From an uncultured bacterium (GTDB lineage: Bacteria; Planctomycetota; UBA1135; GCA-002686595), in contig CALSNU010000002.1 of NCBI GenBank assembly GCA_943787795.1, positions 544,001-608,000 of the forward strand: 64,000 bases of DNA, in the 5' to 3' direction. How positions within the stretch are numbered: the first letter of the stretch is position 1; each line of letters opens with the position of its first letter. The notes below the pieces were generated by a model, which did not search any database, was not told the origin of the DNA, and worked only from the letters and a program-made list of their open reading frames with translations. The position numbers and the translations under genes were made by a program. Below are positions 58,001-64,000 of this stretch, piece after piece.

Positions 58001-59695
58001 CTAGAAGAGGCCGAGGATCTCGCCGTTCTCGTCGATGTCCACCTGCTTGTACGCAGGGGTGCGACCCAGGCCGGGCATGGTCATGATCGCTCCGGCGTAG
58101 ACGACGACGAAGCCCGCGCCGGCCGCCAGTCGGGCCTCCCGCACGGGGAACACGAACCCTTCGGGAGCCCCCTTGAACTGCGCGTCGTGGCTGAGGCTGT
58201 ACTGCGTCTTGGCCATGCAGATGGGGAGCTTGCCGTAGCCCTGCTCCTCAAGGCGCGCCAGCGTCTTCTTCGCGGCGGCAGAGAACTCCACCGACCCCGC
58301 GCCGTAGATCTTCAGGGCGAGTGCCTCCACCTTCTCGGTCAGCGGAGCTTCATCGGGATAGAGCAGCTTGAAGTCGGCTTCCCCGGACTCGGCAGCGTCG
58401 ATGATGGCCTGGCCGATCGCGGCGCCGCCTTCACCGCCCTTGGCGTGCACCTCGCTCACCTCGGCGGCGCGGGCGCCAGCCGCAAGGGCTCGCTCCTTGA
58501 CCACCTCGATCTCGGCTTCGGTATCTGTTGGGAAGCGGTTGATCGCCACAACCACCGGCACTCCGTAGCTCCGGACGTTCTTGACCTGGGCCTCCAGGTT
58601 CGAGCATCCCTTCAGCACGGCCTCGGTGTTCTCCTGGAAGAGCTCATCGGGGAGCGGGCGGCCCTGGCGGGTGGGGTAGTTCCCCGAGTGCACCTTCAGG
58701 GCGCGGATCGTGGCCACCAGCAGGACGGCGTCGGGGGTCATGCCCGAGGCGCGGCACTTGATGTCGAAGAACTTCTCGGCGCCCATGTCCGCGCCGAAGC
58801 CAGCCTCGGTCACGAGGTAGTCCACGTGACCCTGGGCGACGCGGTCCGCGACGATGGACGAGTTGCCGTGGGCGATGTTGGCGAAGGGGCCTGTATGGAC
58901 GAAGGCGAGGGTGCCCTCGGTGGTCTGCATGATGGTCGGGTCGATGGCCCGCTGCAGGATGGCGGCCATGGCACCCGCCACCTCGAGCTCATCCGCCGTG
59001 ACCGGGTCGCCCTTGCGGTTGGCCCCGATCACGATGCGTCCCAGCCGGCGCCGCACGTCCGCGAGGTCGTTGCTCATCCCGAGGATGGCCATGACCTCGG
59101 ACGCCGAGGTGATGTCGAAGCCGGTCTCGCGCGGGACGCCGTTCTTCGGCCCGCCGAGGCCAGACGTGACCTGGCGCAGGGCCCTGTCGTTCACGTCGAG
59201 GACGCGCCTCCAAGTGACCGTCGCGGGGTCGATATCGAGGGGGTTGTCCAGCAGGATCGAGGCGTCGATGGCGGCTGCCAGGAGGTTGTTCGCCGCCGTG
59301 ACGGCGTGGAAGTCCCCGGTCAGGTGGAGGTTGAAGTCCTCCATGGGGACGACCTGGCTGTATCCGCCCCCGGCGGCGCCGCCCTTGATCCCGAACACCG
59401 GGCCCATGGACGGCTGCCGGATGGCGCAGGCGGCCTTCTTGCCGAGCTTGTTGAGGGCCAGGGAGAGCCCGACCGTGTGGACGGTCTTGCCCTCGCCCGC
59501 GGGCGTGGGGGTGATGGCGGTGACCACCACGTAGCGAGACTTGCTCGCTCCGGGCTCCGCGGCCAGCTTGTGGTCCAGCTTGGCCATGTAGCGGCCGTAG
59601 GGCTCGAGTCCCTCGGGGTCGAAGCCGTACTCACCGGCGACGTCCTGGATGGGGCGGAGGGTGACGTCTCTGGCGATATCTAGGTCGGAGCGCAT
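58001..59695 (-). CDS. fhs: Formate-tetrahydrofolate ligase
   Basis: TPTPAGEGKT, GIKGGAAGGGYSQV, GPFANIAHG, TEAGFGADMGAEKF, CMAKTQYS, MTMPGL. Confidence 0.97.
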   Translation of the reverse strand: MRSDLDIARDVTLRPIQDVAGEYGFDPEGLEPYGRYMAKLDHKLAAEPGASKSRYVVVTAITPTPAGEGKTVHTVGLSLALNKLGKKAACAIRQPSMGPVFGIKGGAAGGGYSQVVPMEDFNLHLTGDFHAVTAANNLLAAAIDASILLDNPLDIDPATVTWRRVLDVNDRALRQVTSGLGGPKNGVPRETGFDITSASEVMAILGMSNDLADVRRRLGRIVIGANRKGDPVTADELEVAGAMAAILQRAIDPTIMQTTEGTLAFVHTGPFANIAHGNSSIVADRVAQGHVDYLVTEAGFGADMGAEKFFDIKCRASGMTPDAVLLVATIRALKVHSGNYPTRQGRPLPDELFQENTEAVLKGCSNLEAQVKNVRSYGVPVVVAINRFPTDTEAEIEVVKERALAAGARAAEVSEVHAKGGEGGAAIGQAIIDAAESGEADFKLLYPDEAPLTEKVEALALKIYGAGSVEFSAAAKKTLARLEEQGYGKLPICMAKTQYSLSHDAQFKGAPEGFVFPVREARLAAGAGFVVVYAGAIMTMPGLGRTPAYKQVDIDENGEILGLF

Positions 59696-59775
59696 GCGAC
59701 AAAAGGTAACGCTTCGTCGCGCTCAGGAGGGGCTGGGGATACAGCCCTCGCCAGAGGTCTCGTAATCCGAGCCTC

Positions 59776-60804
59776 TCAGCTCGTCCGCCGGCGGCTCCGG
59801 AAGCCGTCCAGGGTCACCGCGCCCACGATGATGGCCCCGACCAGGATCTCCTGGACGAAGTTCGGCACCCCTGAGAGGTTGCAGCCGTTGGCGAGGGTGG
59901 CCATCAAGAACGCCCCGATCATGGCGCCGAGGATGGTCCCGGTGCCCCCTGAGAGCGACGCGCCGCCGATCACCACCGCGGCGATGACGTCCAGCTCCTT
60001 GCCCATGGCGGTGGTCGGGTCGCCGACCGTCAGGCGGCCGAACTGGAGGACACCGGCGAGCCCCGCCATGGCGCCGGCGAAGACGTAGATCGCAAACTTG
60101 GTCCGCTCGACGGGCACCCCGCAGAGGCGGGCGGTGGGCTCGTTGGAGCCGATCGCAGTGGTCCAGGTGCCGAACACCGTTCGGCGCAGGAGGAAGGCGG
60201 CGGCGACGGCGGAGAGGCCCATGAGCCAGACCCCGGGGGCGAGCACCAGCCAGTCCGGCACGTTCTCGCGGATGACCCCAGGCAGCCCGGACAGGTCGGG
60301 GTTCTTGGACATGAACTGCTTCAGCCACCCGCTCGGGGCGTCCACCTTCTGCTCGTCGGCGAGCCACTTGGCGGCTCCTCGGGCCGCGCCGAGCGTCCCC
60401 AGGGTGACGATGAAGGGGGGCAGCTTTAGGAGGGTCACGAGGCCGCCGTTGACCGCGCCCACGGCGGCGCCTGCCACGACACCGAGGAGCGCCGACGGGA
60501 GCTCGCCGAGGCCCGCCTTCATGGCGAGGGCGGTGACCACGGAGGCCAGTGCGATGGCGGATCCCACGGAGAGGTCGATGCCCCCGGAGCGAATGATGAA
60601 GGTGGCGCCGATGGCCGCGAGCCCGACGATCACGGTCTGGGTCGCGATGGTCTTGGCGTTGAAGACCGAGAGGAACCCCTCTGGCGCGACCGCGCCGAAG
60701 AGCGCCACGACGACGATCAGGCCGAGGAACGGGCCCAGGATGTCGGCGACCTGGCGGGCGGCGGCGGTGCCACGGCCGGGGGGCGTTGGGTCTTCGGCTT
60801 CCAT
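59776..60804 (-). CDS. Sugar ABC transporter permease (RbsC-like)
   Basis: GGIDLSVGS, PPFIVTLG, IGSNEPTARLCGV, ELDVIAAVVIGG. Confidence 0.93.
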   Translation of the reverse strand: MEAEDPTPPGRGTAAARQVADILGPFLGLIVVVALFGAVAPEGFLSVFNAKTIATQTVIVGLAAIGATFIIRSGGIDLSVGSAIALASVVTALAMKAGLGELPSALLGVVAGAAVGAVNGGLVTLLKLPPFIVTLGTLGAARGAAKWLADEQKVDAPSGWLKQFMSKNPDLSGLPGVIRENVPDWLVLAPGVWLMGLSAVAAAFLLRRTVFGTWTTAIGSNEPTARLCGVPVERTKFAIYVFAGAMAGLAGVLQFGRLTVGDPTTAMGKELDVIAAVVIGGASLSGGTGTILGAMIGAFLMATLANGCNLSGVPNFVQEILVGAIIVGAVTLDGFRSRRRTS

Positions 60805-62327
60805 CAAGCGGTTCCTCCTGTCGCGGCGGCGAGCGCCGCGTCCTCGGTCCATTCCTCGCGGGGCCGAGCGGCCCCGAGGACGCCCCGGTGCATCACGGCG
60901 ATGCGATCACAGGTTCCCAGGAGCTCTGGCAAGTGGCTGCTGACCATCAGGATAGCCTTGCCTTCCACGGCCAGTCGGTCGAGCAGCCGGTACACCTCGA
61001 CCCGCGCGCCCACATCGATGCCGCGGGTGGGCTCATCGAGCAGCAGGACCTCCGCCCCGCACTCCATCAGGCGCGCGATGGCGACCTTCTGCTGGTTCCC
61101 ACCCGACAGGTCCCGCACCGGCTGGCGGGTGGAGCTCGCACGGAGGGAGAGCCGCTCACGCCAGGGCTCCGCCGCGGCCTCCCGCGCCATCCGGGTCAGC
61201 GCGCCCACACGGTTCGCGAGGCGGCGGACGCTGGAGAGGGTGACGTTGTCCGCGATGGAGAGCTCGAGGGCGACCCCCTCTCGCGCGCGGTCCTCGCTGA
61301 GCAGCCCCACGCCGAGCTCCACCCAGCGGGGGGGGCGGGGGCGCTCGATCGTAGCTCCCCGGAGCTCGACCTCGCCGGAGACCATGGGGTCGAGCCCGTA
61401 CAGGCTGCGGAGCATCTCCGTGCGCCCTGCACCCACGAGGCCGAAGACGCCGAGGATCTCGCCGGCCCGCAGCTCGAAGCTGGCGTCCCGCGGGGCCGAG
61501 GCGCCCGCGAGCCCCTGGACGGAGAGCACCGCGGCCCCGGGATTCCTCGGGGACCTCGGGTAGGCCTCCGAGACCGAGCGCCCCGCCATCGTCGTCACCA
61601 TCTCATCGGTGCTCGTATCCGACACCTCGCCGCGGCCCACGGTCTCGCCGTCGCGGAGCACGGTGAAGCGGTTCCCGATGGCCTTCACCTCGTCGAGGAA
61701 GTGGCTGATCCAAAGCACGGTCACGCCGCCGTCGACCAGGCGCCGGGTCACCCTGAACAGGCGCTCGACGTCCGGCGCGGAGAGGGAGCTGGTGGGCTCG
61801 TCGAACACGATGATCGTGGCGTCGAGGCAGAGGGCGCGGGCGATCTCGACCAGCTGCCGGTCGCCGGGGCCGAGTCCGCTGACCAGCGTGTCGGCGCTGA
61901 AGCTGGTGACCTCGAGGTCCGTGAGGACCTGGCTCAGCCGCTCCCGGGCGGCGTCGAGCCGCTTCACGCCGAGGCGCGAGGTCTCGCGTCCGAGGGTGAC
62001 GTTCTCCAGGACCGAGAGGTGGGGGCAGAGGTTGAGCTCCTGGTAGATCATCGCGACCCCGCGCTCCCGGGCCTCCCGGGGCGACGACGGCGCGAAGGGG
62101 GCCCCGTCGATCCAGAGCGCTCCCGAGTCCGGCGGCTGGGCCCCGGCCACGACCTTCATGAGGGTGCTCTTGCCCGCTCCGTTCTCCCCGAGCAGCGCGT
62201 GGACCTCACCCACGTCGGCCTCGAGGTCCACGCCGCGGAGGGCATGGACACCGCCGAAGCGTTTGGTGACCCCTTTGATCAGGAGTCGCGGCGGCCGCTG
62301 CCGCCGGAGGACGGCGCCGGTCTCCAT
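60804..62327 (-). CDS. Sugar ABC transporter ATP-binding protein (RbsA-like, two domains)
   Basis: GENGAGKST, DEPTSSL, LSGGNQQK, DEPTRGIDVG. Confidence 0.94.
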   Translation of the reverse strand: METGAVLRRQRPPRLLIKGVTKRFGGVHALRGVDLEADVGEVHALLGENGAGKSTLMKVVAGAQPPDSGALWIDGAPFAPSSPREARERGVAMIYQELNLCPHLSVLENVTLGRETSRLGVKRLDAARERLSQVLTDLEVTSFSADTLVSGLGPGDRQLVEIARALCLDATIIVFDEPTSSLSAPDVERLFRVTRRLVDGGVTVLWISHFLDEVKAIGNRFTVLRDGETVGRGEVSDTSTDEMVTTMAGRSVSEAYPRSPRNPGAAVLSVQGLAGASAPRDASFELRAGEILGVFGLVGAGRTEMLRSLYGLDPMVSGEVELRGATIERPRPPRWVELGVGLLSEDRAREGVALELSIADNVTLSSVRRLANRVGALTRMAREAAAEPWRERLSLRASSTRQPVRDLSGGNQQKVAIARLMECGAEVLLLDEPTRGIDVGARVEVYRLLDRLAVEGKAILMVSSHLPELLGTCDRIAVMHRGVLGAARPREEWTEDAALAAATGGTA

Positions 62328-63307
62328 CAGTCGTCGAGGATGGAGAGGTCAGGCTTCAGGAGGGCCTGGACCGAGGGGTCGTCGATGGACGAGGAGGGGA
62401 CGACCACCACGCCGGTGTCGATCCTGGAGTCCACGGCCTCACCGCGCACCGCGGCGACGCAGGCGCGCACGGAGAGCGCTCCCATCCGGACCGGGTCCTG
62501 GAGCACCAGGGCGTCGATCTCTCCGGCGCGGAGCGCCTCGACGAGCTTGTCGCTGGCGTCGAAGCCCACAAAGGCCACGTCCTCGGTGCGCCCGGAGTCT
62601 TGCAGAGCCCGCAGCATCCCGAAGGCCGCGGACTCGTTCGGGCAGAAGATGCCGTCCACTTCCTTGAAGCTGTTCAGGAGGTTCTCGGACGCCTGGTAGG
62701 CGCCCTCGTTCGTGGCCCCCGCGTACTGGTTCGAAGAGATGACCTCGATGCCGGCGGCCTTACCGATGGCCTCGAGGAAGCCCTCCTCACGCTCGAAGGT
62801 GCTGGCGGAGCCCTCCTGGTAGCGCAGCAGGATCACCGACCCCTCGCCGCCCATCATCTCCGCGAGAGCCTCCCCCGCGAGCTCTCCGCCGCGCCGGTTG
62901 TCGGTGGCGACGAAGGAGGTGCGCCCCACCCAGTCGAGGTCGCTGTCCGCGACGACGACGGGGATACCCTGCCCGCCGGCCTCCTCGGCCGGGGTAACGA
63001 GGGCCTTGCGGTCCATGGGCATGAGGACGATCCCGTCCACGCCCCGGACGACGAAGTTCTCGACGATCTGGATCTGCTCCGCGCGGTCGTCTTCGCGGAT
63101 GGGCCCCTTCCAGATGATCTCGACGCCGAGGTCCCGGGCGGCGGCCTCGGCGCCGGCGTGCACAGACTTCCAGAATTCGTGGGTCGTGCCCTTGGGCACG
63201 ACAGCGATCTGCAGCGTGTCGTTGGCAGCGTCGCTGTTCGGGGCGCCCCCGCACGCGGAGAGCGCGAGGAGGGAGAGGGCAGCGGTCAGTCGAAGTCGTT
63301 GATTCAT
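62327..63307 (-). CDS. Sugar ABC transporter substrate-binding lipoprotein (RbsB-like)
   Basis: Lipobox LSAC; PKGTTHEFWKSV, VATDN, REEGF, VGFD. Confidence 0.93.
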   Translation of the reverse strand: MNQRLRLTAALSLLALSACGGAPNSDAANDTLQIAVVPKGTTHEFWKSVHAGAEAAARDLGVEIIWKGPIREDDRAEQIQIVENFVVRGVDGIVLMPMDRKALVTPAEEAGGQGIPVVVADSDLDWVGRTSFVATDNRRGGELAGEALAEMMGGEGSVILLRYQEGSASTFEREEGFLEAIGKAAGIEVISSNQYAGATNEGAYQASENLLNSFKEVDGIFCPNESAAFGMLRALQDSGRTEDVAFVGFDASDKLVEALRAGEIDALVLQDPVRMGALSVRACVAAVRGEAVDSRIDTGVVVVPSSSIDDPSVQALLKPDLSILDD

Positions 63308-63373
63308 GACGATGGGGGAAGTCGCGGTCGAACCAGCCTAACCGCTCGGGCTCTCTTGCTACGTTGGCGGGCC

Positions 63374-64000
63374 ATGCCCATCGACGCTCATCAGCACTTC
63401 TGGACCTACGACGAGGCGCAGTACGGCTGGATCGCCGAAGGCGGCCTGAAGGCCCTCCAGCGCGACTTCCTCCCCGGAGATCTCCGCCCCCTGCTCGATC
63501 AGCGGGGCATCGACGGCACCGTCGCCGTCCAGGCGCGCCAGGACCTGGAGGAGAGCGAGTGGCTCCTGGGTCTCGCGGATGAGCACCCCTGGATCCGCGG
63601 CGTGGTCGGCTGGGTGGATCTCGCCGCGAGCGACGTCGAGGCGCAGCTGGACCGGCTGGCGGCCGCCCGGGGTGGAGCGCACCTGGTGGGGATCCGGCAC
63701 GTGGTACAGGACGAGGCCGCGGGGTTCCTGGACGGGGCGGAGTTCCGCCGCGGCGTCACGGCCTTGGGAGCTCGAGGGCTCGCCTACGACGTGCTGATCC
63801 TCGAGCATCAGCTGGAGGAGGCGGTCCGCTTCTGCGGAGCCATGTCTGGCCAGCGCCTGGTCCTCGACCACCTCGCCAAGCCCCGTATCGCGGACGGGGA
63901 GATCGACCGCTGGGCTGCGCTGATGCGAGAGCTCGGCGCCATGGAGCACGTGACCTGCAAGGTCAGCGGCATGGTCACCGAGGCGGACCACGGGGCGTGG
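63374..64000 (+). CDS. Amidohydrolase family 2 protein, likely a sugar (L-fucono-) lactonase; 3' partial
   Basis: Read by hand (absent from the ORF track): MPIDAHQHFW…VAVQA…GVVGWVDL…GIRHVVQ…LDHLAKP…CKVSGMVTEA; runs off the window. Confidence 0.85.
   Translation, partial: MPIDAHQHFWTYDEAQYGWIAEGGLKALQRDFLPGDLRPLLDQRGIDGTVAVQARQDLEESEWLLGLADEHPWIRGVVGWVDLAASDVEAQLDRLAAARGGAHLVGIRHVVQDEAAGFLDGAEFRRGVTALGARGLAYDVLILEHQLEEAVRFCGAMSGQRLVLDHLAKPRIADGEIDRWAALMRELGAMEHVTCKVSGMVTEADHGAW

Noticed and set aside
59696..59775. THF or ZTP riboswitch upstream of fhs
   Set aside because: Only 80 nt and no recognisable conserved motifs; an Rfam/Infernal scan would settle it
63359..63991. 210-aa minus-strand ORF
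   Set aside because: It is antisense to the amidohydrolase starting at 63374

Overview
A high-GC (roughly 70% by eye) bacterial chromosomal segment, most likely from a Planctomycetota. The evidence is a DUF1501 + PSD1/PSCyt gene pair and secreted proteins sharing a Cys-containing C-terminal domain of the kind I recall from deep-branching marine planctomycetes. The window holds a probable replication origin (dnaA, intergenic DnaA-box cluster, dnaN, dciA, gyrB) and a full bacillithiol gene set (bshA, bshB1, bshC) interleaved with a YccA-like gene, an orphan ParA and a cysteine desulfurase. Housekeeping genes include pyrF, hemW, rsmB, fmt, trxA, scpA, fhs and kdsD. It also encodes a sigma-70 factor apparently starting at ATT, a long HPr-fusion protein, an octaheme cytochrome c, probable fucose-use genes and a type IV pilin-like gene. 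The top candidate for novelty is a ~1,860-aa ORF after kdsD that seems to fuse an LptC-like anchored domain, a long beta-rich spacer and an LptD barrel, i.e. a possible one-polypeptide LPS transport bridge. Five +1 insertions in short C/G runs look like sequencing errors. I found no rRNA, tRNA, CRISPR array or mobile element. All calls come from reading motifs by eye; no database searches were run.
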